A DNA stretch of 64,000 bases from Eledone cirrhosa (Eukaryota): NCBI GenBank assembly GCA_964016885.1, contig OZ024740.1, positions 117,676,001 to 117,740,000 on the forward strand. Direction: 5' to 3'. How positions within the stretch are numbered: position 1 is the stretch's first letter; each line of letters starts with the position of its first letter. The position numbers and the translations under genes were made by a program. A model generated the notes under the pieces. It did not search any database, was not told the origin of the DNA, and worked only from the letters and a program-made list of their open reading frames with translations. Below, in pieces: positions 1-14,504 of the stretch.

Positions 1-1
1 C

Positions 2-1500
2 TCCGCCTTTCTCGACTCCATCCTCGCCCCCCTTGTCACCACCCTCCCCTCCCACATCTCCGACACCAACCACGCCCTGCGCCTTTTCGACTCCATCACC
101 TACCCACCCGGCCCACAGCCCTTCCTCTTCACCCTAGACATCAAGTCCCTCTATACCGTCATCCCCCACGCCGACGGCCTACGCGCCCTCAAACACTACC
201 TCGACCTTCGCCCCTCCTCATTCCCTCCACCCCACCCTTCTTCGCCTCGCCGAGCTGGTCCTCACCCTCAATTGTTTCTCCTTCTCGGGTGAGTTTTACC
301 AACAGGTCACGGGGGTAGCCATGGGTACAAGAATGGGCCCGAACTATGCCAACCTTTTTGCTGGCCATGTTGAGGCCCAAATCTTTGCCCAGTACACCGG
401 CCCCACGCCCGAAATGTACGGTCGTTACATCGACGATGTATCGGAGCCACGACCCTCACCCGGGAACAGCTCGACTCCTTTCTCTCCTTCTTCTGCTCCT
501 TCCACCCCTCCCTCCACTTCACCACCTCTATCTCCACCACCCACGTCCACTTCTTAGACATCTCCGTCGCCTTCGACCCCTCCCACCACTCCCTCGTCAC
601 CTCCGCCTTCTTCAAACCCACCGACTCCCACTCTTACCTCGACTTCACCTCTTCCCACCCCACACACACTAAATACTCTATCCCCTACTCCCAACTCCTC
701 AGGATCCGCCGGCCTCTCTAGCCGAGATGCCGACTTCGAGTCCCAGGCCCTTTCCCTAGTCAGCCATTTCATCCGCAGAGGTTACCCCCCTCTCTCGTCC
801 ACACCGCTCTCACCCGCGCCCGTGCTGTCCACCGCTCCACCACCCTCACCCCACGCCACCGCACACCCACCCACCGTCTCCCTTCCCCATTACCTACCAC
901 CCCTCCACTTTACCCCTCCACCGCACCATCCGCCGCCTCTTCTGACGCCTCCAGTCCGACCCCTCCACCTCCCACATCTTCACAGCCCCACCACTCCCCT
1001 CCTTCAAACGCGCACGCAATCTCCGCACCCTCCTCGTCCACAGCTCCCTACTCCCCAACCCACGCTCTCTTCCTCTCCCCCGGTTCCTTTCCCTGTTCTA
1101 GGCCCCGCTGCAACACCTGTCCCCACATCACCAACACCACCACCTTCCAGGGTCCCAACGGCCACTCTCTCTCTTTCCGGCATGCCTTCCGCTGCACCTC
1201 CTCCAACCTAGTCTACGGACTTCGCTGCACGGAGCGCAGCGCGACTTACGTCGGACAGACTGGACGTCGCCTGGCGGACAGATTCACTGAGCACCTCCGG
1301 GATATTCGTCTCGGTGGTAGTTCCCCCATCGCCCGCCACTTTGGTGGCCCTGGAGACTCCGCACGCCATCTCACAGTCTGTGGGCTACTCCAATGCCACG
1401 GAACACCCGCCAATCTCCTCAGAGTTGAACAAAGAACCATCTTCAGCTTACAGACCCACACTTCCCCCGGCCTGAATCCCCACCCTTATTCCTTTAGCCT
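2..1500 (+). pseudogene. Frameshifted Penelope-like RT/GIY-YIG ORF
   Basis: Conserved motifs are spread over different frames; only fragments such as ORF 321..557 are open. Confidence 0.88.
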
Positions 1501-2925
1501 TCGACCGCCCCCCTCCCCTCACACACATCCCCCGCTAACACCACTAACACACCCCTCCTTTTCACCGACTACCCCACTACTCCACCTCACATCCGACCAC
1601 CCTTCCCCAACTAACATACTAACATCCCTCCCTTCTTCTCCTCCCCCCTCCTTATCACACGCACACACCCACCGGCACATATATACACGCGCTCACACTA
1701 AACACACACCCTAGTACCACCACTAACCCTCACCCCCACACATCCACCCCACCACCCCGCAACTAACATCACTAACACTCCCTGACCCCAAGCACACGAA
1801 CACAGGCACCCACTTACACCACCCACCCTACACGCAACTAACATCACTAAGACCCCCAACCCCACGCACACGTACACACACACACCCTCTTACACCACCA
1901 ACTCTACACACCCTACCACCACTGACCCCCACTCACACCCGCATTCAACCCTTTCTCCACCTCCTGTATACTAACACCCACTAACACCTCCTTCATCAAA
2001 CTACACACACACCAGTACACCACACTCCCCACATCGTCCCCCACACCCTTCTCTCCCCGCTCCACCCACACCCTTTCTCAAACACTCACTCATCCCACTA
2101 ACACCTCTACTAATACACACACACACCCTCTCACTCCAACTTTCACACCTACCTATCCTCGCCCCTTTACCATTCCACCCTACTGCTGCTATGCCCTCTG
2201 ACCACCTCCCTGCACACACAGACACACAGCACTCCTACTGCCTTGACCACTTCCTGTTGCGCGCGCACCCCACATCTCCCCTCTTCCGACCAATCTCTTC
2301 ACGGATTACTCGTATGTGGACCTTCACCGTGGAATCAACTACCATCCTATGATTTTACCAACCATTCTACCACATCTTACGGAATCACCTTTACGACTCA
2401 CCCACACACACACCCCCAAAAATATTTTTTCCCCACACGCCACCTACACCCACAACACGCTTAAACACCACACACACACACGTGCGTCTCACCACATATT
2501 TACACATTCAGCATCCGGATTCCTCTCCCCCCACCCCTCTATCCACACACGCACACACACTCCGACCTACACCCCACCTCACACACACCTCTTCCTGAAC
2601 ACGCAACCCCGTTCTTCCCCTCAACCCTTGCTTTCACATACACACACACACACACAGACGTACACCTACACACACCACCTTCAGCCCTCCCCGCTCGGAC
2701 ACCCCGTCTCCCTCTCCCCACTCCACCCGCCACCACCCCTACACGCCCCACATCCTTCCACCACCTGTTTTACCCCAGTTTAATTTTATTTTGATCATGC
2801 TTTTATTTTTATTTTTATTTTTAATTTTTATTTTCATTTCCACCGTTTCCTCCCACCCCTTTTTTGCTATATGTCTCTCCACCACTCCCCTACACACCAT
2901 TTGAACTCTCTTCCCACACACTTTT

Positions 2926-2959
2926 CACCTGAAGAAGGGCTTATGCCCGAAACGTCGTT
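2926..2959 (+). ncRNA. Minimal type I hammerhead ribozyme in the PLE terminal repeat
   Basis: ac-CTGAAGA-a-GGGC ttat GCCC-GAAA-CG-TC-gt; stem I only 2 bp. Confidence 0.8.
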
Positions 2960-3046
2960 CCCCACCACCACCCCACTCTCAAGAGCGTGAAATTAATAAA
3001 CATTCGTTGTACTGCCTCTCTGTTTTGTTCCTTTTAAAAAATTTCC

Positions 3047-3139
<93 letters not shown>

Positions 3140-3359
3140 CGCAGATTAGAGCAAACATCACGAGTGCTATATCTCAAAATTATTTTTGAAAAGCATTAGA
3201 AATGCGCAACCGGTAAAACTCAAACTGAATACTAACCAATACTTATTACTAATTTATACTTATTCCTAATTAAACTATTTTTCATTGGGAAAAATTTGTC
3301 AGCATTTTCTTTTCCTTTTTACTAATATATCACAACTCGTGTGTCACATCTCTATTTTT

Positions 3360-3436
<77 letters not shown>

Positions 3437-3854
3437 TATATTGTGTTGTTTTTTCTTAATTGGGATCTGAGTACATTTTAATAGACTTTAAGCATCCTCC
3501 TGTATTGCAATATATGATTCTTCGTGTCAGAGATTCTTGCATATCAAACTTCTGTTTAAGAAATTTGAGATCCAATTCATACGTACCCGTGGTATTTTGA
3601 TTTATACTTTGCTACAGTTAGAGCCATTCATCCGTAAAATTCTCTCTGTATAATATTTCGCAGAGTTGACATATTTATCAAAGTCTATGCTGTTGTATAT
3701 GACAATATATTTTTTCTATTTATCCCAGATCATTCGTTGAAGAAAACTAGTTATTTTCGTTTCTTTCTGTTTCATTTTTATGTTAAATCTCCAATGACGA
3801 AGAATTATCAGGTTATTGGCATGAGACATTATATCATCTAATATTATTTGAAAA

Positions 3855-4040
3855 AGGTGGTGAATTGGCAGTATCGGTAGAGGGTCAGACGCCATGCTTT
3901 CTAGCATAGTTACGTCCCTTTACGGTTTGAGTTCAAATCGCGTTGAGGTTAACTTTGCCTTTCATCCTTACGGGGTCGATAAAATAAAGTACCAGTAATG
4001 TACTGGATAATTGCTGGCCTTGTGCCTAAAGTAGAAACAA
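3855..4040 (+). mobile_element. tRNA-derived SINE, main family of this window
   Basis: TGGCAGTATCGG A-box-like, GAGTTCAAATC B-box-like, core GCCTTTCATCCTTACGGGGTCGATAAAATAAAGTACCAG; flanking duplication attatttgaaaaa. Confidence 0.9.
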
Positions 4041-4108
4041 TTATTTGAAAAACCTCAGACATATGGGTGTTCATGGTCTGGGCGGATAGAATTGCCTCGG
4101 AGGTGAGA

Positions 4109-4146
<38 letters not shown>

Positions 4147-5428
4147 CTAGTCCAACTCTTGAAGCTCGCTTTTACGAATGTCCATCTTCGTTCTGATCGT
4201 AGTTAGTGTTTCGGGGAACCAATATGCATGCTGTTTCCACACCCACGGTTCCGACGATAAAGCTATCGGGAGGGGCCAGTACTTTAATAGTTTGTGAATT
4301 ACAGACTGCCAGGCAACGGGTCCTGTGTCTGACGAAGGCCATTCCCGAGTATCTGAGCAGCCAAAATATTTAGTCATTATTTACGTCAATTCTCTGAAAC
4401 AAAGCAGCTATAATTTTCTTGATTTACTCAGTATGAGTCAACTCAGAAATTGAAATTTCTCTAATATATTGGTTGGATATGAAACGTAATGTGCTTTCAG
4501 ACATATACTATATATGAACACTTATCCTTACGAATTAACGTAGTTGCCCAGTAAAAGCACAATTTCCTCCTCAAGCTGTCACAATCTAAACGACACTGCT
4601 CTATTTTCACATGAGATTTGATATACAGGGATTAATACCACCCGGATAGCAACGTCAAGACATTTCATGAATTTAATTGTAGACTTACGAAAATACAAAT
4701 ATACAATACACCAAACTTTTCACAGTTCCATAAAAGTACAACTTGAACAAACATGAGATAAGTATAGTATTATATACGAGGTGTGTGGTCCGGTTTAAAT
4801 TCTATTATATTCTTTCTTGCTTATGTTTATTTATATTTGACGTATGTATTATAAACGTTCATTCATTATCTAATAATGACTCATATATTATGCACATAAT
4901 GTATACATATTACCAAATCTGAAAATACCATAATTGATCAATATAAGCATTATATATATATATATCAGGTGCATGGCACAAATATTTGCATATTTGCAAT
5001 GATATATATAAAATAAGAGAAGACTAGAGAGAAAACCATAAAATAATATATGGTATTTTGGTGCTGTTGTAATTTTCTGGTCCAAGCTGGGACAATAAAT
5101 CAGTTATATAAAATCAACATAGCCATCTGTTCAAAGCTATGCTCGTTATTCTTCAACGTTTACAGAAATATTAAGATATTCACATATGGCTTGCCATGTG
5201 TGTTTGTATATTATATATATGCATATGCATATAAACAAGCACACATACACATATATATAATATGTTCTTATATATTTATATATTTATATATATATGTATA
5301 GACGCATGTGCACAGATTTTGTCAGTAGCAAACATATGTGAGAAGATTGACACATTTGCTTATTAATTAGTGTACATGCATGCATGTATATATGTACATA
5401 TATATTTATACATATTTAAATATCTCTG

Positions 5429-5461
<33 letters not shown>

Positions 5462-5765
5462 TTATATATATATATATATATATATACTTGTATGCATAAG
5501 TATGTACATGCACACACACACACACGCACATATATATATATACAAGATTATGTTAAATATATGAATGCATACATTTAGTTTTGTACGTATATCTTTACGT
5601 ATTTACGTAAACTTATTTTTAAAAACAGTTATTAAGTAGGTTCAAAAACACGCACATATATATAAACACGCACACATACACATACACATACACATACACA
5701 CCAACACACGTATTCCCTGCTTATATTCCTAGATCCAAGAACATAAACCACCCACCATACACGTT

Positions 5766-5861
<96 letters not shown>

Positions 5862-6178
5862 TATATATATATATATATAAATCAAGATAAATTATTGAGA
5901 AAAGACGAAATTTAAAAAGAACCCAATAAAATAAATAAGGCAAAAAGTAAAAAAAAATAATACCTTATCAAAATGAGATAATTAATAGTTTATTCATAGA
6001 CTCTACATATATAAAAGGTGGTCATATATACTTAGTGTTTGTATTTGTTTTGATAGATCCTTTATGTGAAATCGAGTGTTGAAACATATTTATTGGCAGC
6101 GTGACACTCCCAAAGTCTAACAAAGGTCATATGTACATACTTACATACACACACACATATATATATATATATTTATAA

Positions 6179-6265
<87 letters not shown>

Positions 6266-6562
6266 GAGAAATTTATATATAGAGATAGATACATAGATAA
6301 ACAGACAGATATTTATATACTCATATAGTTAGTTATTTTTATTTCGCTCTCACCATTCGTTGGCTTACAGTGTGACCACTTGAAGTGTTTTTCTTTTCTC
6401 TGATGTGTAATATTTTATCTTGGGTTGTAAATATCATTTCACTCACCATCGAAGCGAAGCGATTATACGAGACCGTTGTAATTAGTTAATGGTTTAGATT
6501 GGCAGCTATTTGGGGTCGCGTGCAATTGCTCCCTTCAAGTGGACACACCTATGCACACACAA

Positions 6563-6595
<33 letters not shown>

Positions 6596-7286
6596 TTAAA
6601 AACAAAAAAAACAAAATCAATAACGAAGAGTGCAGTACAAACAGTGTTAGTATTAGGTTCACGCTTGAGAGTGGTATGTATAATCCTTTCCATCGTTGTG
6701 GGTGTTCGTGTGCAGATAACATATCTAGCGATTACTGATAGAGAGATCGCATATGCCAGAAGTGCGAATGTCCTAGTAAACATTTAACTCATTAACTCGA
6801 GATGATGTTTCGCACGCGCACATGTTCACACCTGCACACTCCACCATACATGTATATGCATTTCATTAATAAGCTACAAGTGTTAAAAAAATTCATTTTT
6901 GCCTACTAAGTGTAATCTAATATAGAACTAAACGAAGCAATGACAAGACTGGAAATTATATTTGTTAACTGCTCCATTTATTAGACGGTGACGTTTCAGC
7001 CTGTTATCTAAATCCTAATCCTCATATCAATGCGAACAACACTTACTCATCAAAATCATTATCTTTCACAATATCATCTAAGGTTTCAGTAGATAAGTCA
7101 ACTTAAGACAGTGTAGACTACATACTCATGTCACTACACAGGAAAGGCTACCGATAATCCTTTAGATTGCATGCTAAATTAACATATATTAGTAATGTTA
7201 TCGGCACCTTCGAATAAAAGCTAATAGGTGCAACATAAGATACATATACCCCAAAATAATCTAGAAAGGAAAATAGATTAAAATAA

Positions 7287-7485
7287 TTGATTCTACTTTA
7301 GGCTCAAGGCCAGCAATTTGAAGGGACGAGGAACATCGATTAAATCGTCCACAGTGCATCACTGATAATTTATTTTATCGTCCCCGCAAGGATGAAAGGC
7401 AAAGCTATCATCGGCGGGATTTGAACTCAGAACATAAAGGGCCATAACTCTGCGCTGTAAAGCATGTTGTCCGACGCTCAACCGA
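7287..7485 (-). mobile_element. tRNA-derived SINE, main family, diverged
   Basis: Reverse complement of the same core (ggatgaaaggcaaag, gggatttgaactcag). Confidence 0.85.
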
Positions 7486-8499
7486 TAATAAGAATAATGG
7501 CAATGAAAGGATTGGATTAAAGGAATTGTATTATACTGCTTAGACGATTTATGAATAACAACCTACTCATCCTTATTGCTTTATGTAAAATTGTCAGAAA
7601 CGATGAAATAGCTTCCTGTTTTGTACGTATAGGCATGTTTCTTTATTGTTTAACCAAGATGGGAAGGCCACTGCCGATGATCTTTTGTGGGCCTCCAAGA
7701 TAGAATGAAGAAGGTATCCTCAAACCGGAGTCTTGGTCCGAAAGTTTGCAACAGTTTGGACTCTGCTAAACTCACAAAATAGTGCTTTTCAACCGAGTGA
7801 AGACTCACATCTACCACCGAAGTAGCCAACAATATGTTTTGAAATCGGAACGCAAACAGCCGAAACAAATACCACAATATACCTCGGCCAACGCTCTAAC
7901 AATTCTGGCAATTGACTCTCCTGGACAGGTACTTTATTTTACCGACTCTGGAAGACAAAGTTGATTACGTCAGTATTTAAACTCAGAAAGCCAGAACTAC
8001 TATTTTGGTAGATGATACTTACGCTCTAACGACTCTGGTAACTTACTGTAAGTGATATTTATAACAATCTCATGACATCAAATGTAGTTCAACTTGCATG
8101 AAGATTAGCACTTCCTTGGAACAACACCATCTTGCTTGCCCCCGGTTTGCCTCACAGCCAAATTGCAGCACATGGCTTAATTTGGTCTTCTTTTAGTCAA
8201 CAAATACTCTTTTTGATGATGAGTACACCCACATCGGTGTGTCCCTGTGCATTGGCATCTGCGTGTAACAGCTACAAACATTCGTTGTGGAGCCATGATC
8301 GAAGAGTTCAGACTATATTTGCTCTTTTGACGCTACACGCTAAACACGAGATAAGCTTTTTTCTTTCGAGTGAAGTCATTCACTAATCAGTGGCGCAACA
8401 CGTTGCGACAGGTTTTCCGGTTCCAACGTTATCACCAGGCACAGTCACCCGTAATGCAGATGATAGGAATATATGCATAAGCCGAACATTGACCGACAG

Positions 8500-8640
8500 C
8501 TTGTTTTCTCTGGACTGCCCTTTTCCTCCACAAAGTCTAGAGGAATGCATCACCTGAAGAAGTTCCTCGGTGAGGAGGAATGGCCGATATAGTGGATGAC
8601 GTTGACTGACGCAACAACGTTTTCGCCATCTTGTTTACCG
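8500..8640 (-). repeat. Unclassified dispersed repeat, homologous to 58100-58250
   Basis: Collinear shared blocks atggc-aaa-cgttg, tatc-gccattcc-cctcac, aacttcttc, ggcagtcca. Confidence 0.6.
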
Positions 8641-9583
8641 AGTGTTGCTGAGATATATGTCTCAGTTTAGAGATTTCCCGTTTTTTTCCCCAGCCCCTTT
8701 TTTATTATTTAATTTTTCTCTTCACATGTTTTCACTGTATTCGCTCTTCCTCTTTATAATTTTAATCCTTTTTTTATACATTTATCATTATATATTTCTT
8801 TATTTGAATAATGAAATCTTGCTTGAGTAGAGCTGAACTGAGGCTAAGCACTAACAACACGAAACTCAAGATGTATAACGAAGTTAAGTCAGAATCTAGA
8901 AAGATAATCTGAAGTAAATTAATCCCAGTGTCAGAATAATTTCACATAGAAAAACGAAATAATTTTTAAAGATAATGATAACATTTTATGAAATTAACTC
9001 ATCTATTATAATATGACAGGAAAGGATGCTTAAAATTAGTAAAAAAAAATCAAGCTGGAATATATTTTAATGCACTAGGATCGATTTAATCGTCTTTCCC
9101 ATCCCCCAAAATACAGACCTTGTACCTAAAGCAGAAACCATTATTATTACAATTTCCTAGTATTCTCAATTCCATACGATTCAGGCTTATAGCAAGGGCT
9201 GCTGAAGGTTCTCAATAGACACCAAATTAGCCTTCTTTAACATACACCTTGCTGTGACTTTGTTATTAAATCTTACCTTTACAACATAGGTTCAGAGAAC
9301 GACCTTAAGTTCTCATGTTCTAGTGCATGTCTCTCGACATTGGCATCAGAGCGTTCGATTTATTCGGTGATAAAAAATACTCGTTATTCGTCTCGAACAA
9401 GTAAATAACATTTTATTGTAAAGGTTGAAGGAAAAGAGAGATATGCCCATTAATATTTTACCTTGGGTGTAGTACAAAGACGAGGGGTGTGGAGGAAAAT
9501 GTCGGTGGGATGAATTTCTTATTCAGTGTATCCCCAATAAAGGAAGATTAAAGACTGAGACACAAAGGTGGTCTGCAAGAAAA

Positions 9584-9635
<52 letters not shown>

Positions 9636-9970
9636 TTTTTATATTTATCTTTAATTAGGTGGGTTCATGACGATAATAGTAGTCAACAGAAGTAATTGTT
9701 ATATGATATTAGGTTAGATAAGCAATATTCAAAATTCAAAATCTAGTAATCATATACCGTATCATCTGGTATTGATAAAACAAATATTAGTTATGTGCTT
9801 GAACTGATTGGATCAAATATTCACCCTACTCACAAATTGTGGCATAGTGTCTGTTTTATGTCTTGACGGATCTGATTGAGTATGTATCTCATGGTAAACA
9901 ATTAGTACCGTGCTTAGTCAAGATATTATACACAAATGCAATCAGGATAGTTAGATAGCTTTATTTAGTA

Positions 9971-10886
9971 CTAACAGTGGTACCCGGTGTTGCACGGGAT
10001 AAGGTATTTTGGAAGGCGGGCCGCCAACAGACCTAATCGTGGAAAAACTGCATGCCTGGACAATATGTAAAGAAAATAAACCGAATACTCTGATGGCTGG
10101 ATAATCTTTAAGATTTTCCTCGATGAAGCAGGAAAAATGCAGGTTTTCACCTAATGCGGGCCCTAGGGAATCAATGTGCATAATATGCCTTGAAATTTCG
10201 GGAAAATCGGCTAGACGTAACGCCTCCAAAAAGCCCTAAAAAGCTGAAAAAAAGTTGTTCAACTAATGCGAGCCCTAGGCTATGAAAAAGTTGGATTTTC
10301 TTTGCTCACGGTATAAAGAAGAGACATGCTAATACATAGTTACAATTTCAATGAAATCGGTCTGACGTAACGCCTCAAAAAACCCCTAAAAAGCTTTTAA
10401 AACACAGTTTTTCCCCTAATGCGGGCCCTAGGAGATCAAACAGTTGAATTTTTTATATGCATAACACTCCCTGAACCATAAGTAATACACATGTAATGTT
10501 TGAAAAAAAATCGGTTGGGTACTTTTCGAGTTTTAGGGATTCAAACTCACAGACATACACACACACGCACACACACACAGACATCCTCAGGTAAGTGACG
10601 TAATGCAGACAGCCAGACATACAGACAGATATTATAAGGGCACGACGTTATGTGTATGTATCTATCTAAAAAGAGAAAGACTAAGAATTATAGAGAGAGA
10701 TCGCTAAATTACCTAATGTGGTCCCTAGGGCATTGAAAATTTGAAATCATTTTTGCTCAGAACACTCCTTGAAACATAAGTATTACATATGTAAAGTTTG
10801 AAAACAGTCGGTTGGGTGGTGCTCGAGCTTTAGGGATTCAAACTCACACAGACACAGACAAACATCCCCAGTTTTATATATATAGA
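9971..10886 (-). mobile_element. Non-autonomous Helitron
   Basis: Minus strand 5' TCTATATATATAAAACTG; 3' hairpin CCCGTGCAACACCGGG then TTAG; A|T insertion site; internal repeats of cctaatgcgggccctagg. Confidence 0.85.
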
Positions 10887-12714
10887 TGATAAACATATCA
10901 CAAGATTTGAACTCAAGTATCTAATAAAACATTTTAATACATTGCTGATTACTTTAAATGCTGAAAATGAAGTTAATTGAGAAGTCGTTGCTTAGTCCCG
11001 TGTAGATTTTTACGTTGTTAGCCATGGGGTTTCTATGACCGTATTACCTAATGTGTCAACCCAATTTTAACATGGTAGGATATCATTCGAGAAAGATTTA
11101 GCTGCAATTCTAGGTCAGGCAATCACATAAAGGCTTTCACGCTAGTAAAATCTCAAACTTTAAAAAGTGATTTTAGTTTTTTTTTTTGTTTTTTTTTACC
11201 TCGAGAGATACAGAGTGCAATGAATACGTCATCATTTACAAAAATAATAAATATAAATAAGATAAATTTGCACTCAATTGTTAAAGTTCTATTAAACACT
11301 CGAGCATCATGTTTCTTCAACATTTTTTTTTTTAGTTGGATTAACTTCAATCTCAAGGTTATTTATTTGAAAAAGGCAGTGTCGTGATTAACATTTTTAG
11401 AAACTAAACTAAAAACAAATATATTTTAGATGTCATTTTGTTTATTACGTAGGTTGTTATTACGTCCATTAAAAGAACCCTCAGTATTAATTTACTGATA
11501 AATAATATATACTGAAAATATTAGACATATTATTTTGCAAGAGAGAAAATTGAAAATCTTTTCTACAATTGAGAAATAAACTTCTTAAATTAAGAAAATA
11601 AATTAAAAATTAGATCATTAAAGCATGATTCATCATCTAAAATATGTAAAGGTTTTTAACGAGTTGTGCTACATGAATTTTTAACTCACTATAGAAGTAG
11701 AAGTTAAATTATTAACTAAAATAAATAAATTCATCCTACTTAGCTTTGATTTGTGTAACATGATAAATAAAATTGTTTCTCGAGTTTTCATTTTTATTTA
11801 CTTGGTAAAGAAATCACAACTTGTCTGAGATTAAGGCATACCTTTATTTTTCATTAGCCTAAAACAATCAGAAGCATTATGATACTTGACGACAAGAATG
11901 CCCAAAAGTAATAATTACATGAATGTGGAGACACAACTTTATAATTCATTTGATTGCTTTCGTATATTGAGTCTTGACCAATTCGTCATCATATTTCTAA
12001 TGAAAGACTGCCTATTATATTGAAAAGTATTTAGAGGGATTTTGCAATAAAATTAACATTGACATTATTGAGCTGGTGTTTAGAACATAATTTAACAAAG
12101 GTCCCATATAAAGAAGATCTTTGGGGAAATATAACCAGGGGCGATTTCAAGCGAGTTGGTATCAAAAGTATGCACAGGAGGAATTGAAAAGATTCATATT
12201 CTAATTCTTTCAGTATCTGTTTCTTTGATTTAGAAGTCGCCTCCGTTATCAATTTAGCATCGAGTTCTTATACAATTTCTTCGCTCCACCATTGAAGAAT
12301 TTTCTCCTTGTTTTTGCATTCCAAGTTGTGTATATTCGTAGCATATTCCGAAAAGGTATAGTATTTCATTAAGAAACAAGTTCTAGAATTCATAGAAAAC
12401 GAATAGAAGTTTAAAAGTCAACAGAAATACGTATAAAATCTTAAAATTAAATAGCTCAATGTCGCCTGGTTATTAATAGCATGCGTAGGATAAGGCAATG
12501 AAAATTAATACATTTGATGTATCATATAATATATATCATTTGAAATTACTCTCTTTTCGCTCCTCACATCAGGTATTTACTGTAGTGTATAAATGTTATC
12601 ATACATTAAACCGAGAATGATAATACGTTTAGAGGTGCACAGTTTCTTTTAAGGTAAAAGTGGGTTGGAGCTAAATGAACAACCCAGAATTCTCTTAACA
12701 AAGTACAATGCAAT

Positions 12715-12935
12715 CCAATTCAGAGTTTTCTCCCTGTTATAGGATCCCCTCCCTGGTTGACCTCTACCAATTTCTGTTTGGTTTTCGTCATGCCAGAAGT
12801 ATAGCCGTACTCACCACGCTTGGTCAATTGCGAGTTGGTAAAGTTATTAGATCCATAGTTGGAGTGGATGGCCGCTGACGCTGAGGAGTTTCTCCGTCCT
12901 TTTAACATCTCTTGTTTTTTTGTGCCTTCAGGCAC
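12715..12935 (-). mobile_element. RTE-like 5' UTR fragment
   Basis: Motifs ggccatcc and aaaactctga shared with the 5' part of the element at 53108-53716. Confidence 0.5.
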
Positions 12936-13490
12936 GCATATATAAACGTGAATGTTTTATGCCTATGTATATAGGTATATAATAGATATTTCTTATAAAA
13001 ATCTATATGTTTATGTTCCTTTTCCTTTTATGTTTTTTACATTTTGCAAAACATATAACAAAACATTATTTTAGTGAAACGATGGAAATCTAAATTTAGT
13101 ATTTCTGCTACATTACCAATAGCAGTTATTTATGCAACCATCATTTACTTGTCTCCAGCCTTTTGATGCCGTTATTTTTAACATCTGTCGATGCGTTTCT
13201 GTTGAAATATAACTGTAATTAGTCACAGAATTTCAGAGCACAAGCAAAACAAGATGGTTACGTTGTAACAACACGATAGTGTCAAGAGATCGCCAAGAGC
13301 AAACTAGAGGGAAGGAAAGAAGTGAGAAGGAGAGAGATATACCTAGAAGAAAAAAAAAACAGAGAGAAAGTAGAAAAGAGAAAGTAGAGAGAAGAAGAGT
13401 AAGAGGGAAAGAAATGAGAAAGTGCATTTATAAAAACATATCGTGCACATACATATATAGTCATATTTGTATATAAATATCTCTCTCTCT

Positions 13491-13572
<82 letters not shown>

Positions 13573-14154
13573 GATGTCATAGTTCCGTAACTTATGTTGG
13601 AGTCGAAGGGGTGCCGTATAGGGCGTTTCTTGGGATATTAAGCCTGGCAGAACTCACCCCTCTTCAGATCTGAACACAGCAGATTTATTCCAGAGAAGGA
13701 TACAGAATGAGAGCTAGAAAGTGGGAAAGAGATATAGTGGAAGAATGGACCCAAGTACTGGACTGGTTCTTTTTTTATTGACCTCGAAATGAAGAAAAGC
13801 AAATTTGATCTACTTGTGATTTGAACGCATACCTCTAAACGCATACCTCTAAACATTCTATCCGACGTTCTACTGACTCGGCCAGTTCATCACCCAATAC
13901 ATACAAATAGAAATCCACAGCGGGAATATCGCGAGTGATGAAAACTTCAATCAACCGACACTCTGTGCTTGCAATTTTGAAACCAAAACAGCCTTCGTGA
14001 AATAAGAAGCAAACAAGGGAGAGAGCACTTATAGCATCGACTAATCCAAGTAGCTTGGAACAATTTGGGTCAATGCAGTGGAAGTAGGCCTTTTCTATAA
14101 GACATGTTGAAAGTAACGGGCATGTTTCCCGATTTGGCAGAGACATTACAATGT

Positions 14155-14260
14155 CGGACAGAATGCTTTGTAGTATTCATTTATTCCCGCCGAGATCAAC
14201 ATTGTCTTTCATCCATTCATGGTCGATGAAAAAAGTACCAGTCATGTACAGGGGTTGATT
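14155..14260 (+). mobile_element. Degenerate main-family SINE
   Basis: tcccgccgag..ctttcatcc..ggtcgat..aagtaccagt. Confidence 0.7.
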
Positions 14261-14504
14261 CTTTCTCTGTATCTCTTTCTCACTTCCTTTCTGTCACTCT
14301 CTCTATCCTTCTTTGGAAGAAATCTACTGGAGAGGAGTTGGGCTCTGCCAGGTTTAAAGAACGCCCTAGAAACCCTACATGTGAATATGGTACCCCTACG
14401 TCTCCTCAGGAGTTACAGGTCATACCATATCATACCACATATATATATCACACACACAAATATATGTATATGTATATATATGTGTGTGTGTGTATGTATG
14501 TATG

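Larger units (their letters stand above)
1..3048 (+). mobile_element. Penelope-like retroelement (RT + C-terminal GIY-YIG), 5' part outside window, with long C/A-rich 3' region, hammerhead and AATAAA tail
   Basis: RT motifs FTLDIKSLYTVIPH, MGTRMGPNYANLF, GRYIDD, KPTDSHSYLDFTSSHP; Cys linker PCSRPRCNTCP; GIY-YIG NLVYGLRC..YVGQTGRRLADRFTEH and PGLN; hammerhead at 2929; AATAAA near 2995; ends at (TA)n. Confidence 0.92.

Noticed and set aside
1080-1300. Possible selenocysteine (UGA) codons as in some Naiad PLEs
   Set aside because: Cys positions read TGT/TGC or a CGC substitution; no in-frame TGA or SECIS seen
4324-4380. CTGACGA-aGGC...GCC-AAAA hammerhead candidate
   Set aside because: G12 missing and no convincing stems I or III
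8551-8600. cac-CTGAAGA hairpin GATA-TA-gtg candidate
   Set aside because: No stem III, GAAA altered, and the homologous copy at 58150 lacks the core
12031-12360. Minus-strand peptide with ILQWW, vaguely like a hAT dimerisation domain
   Set aside because: Internal stop and wrong motif spacing; not supportable
13615-13672. Minus-strand CTGAAGA-GGG...CCC-aa-GAAA-CG candidate
   Set aside because: No NUH triplet or stem I; at best a decayed remnant
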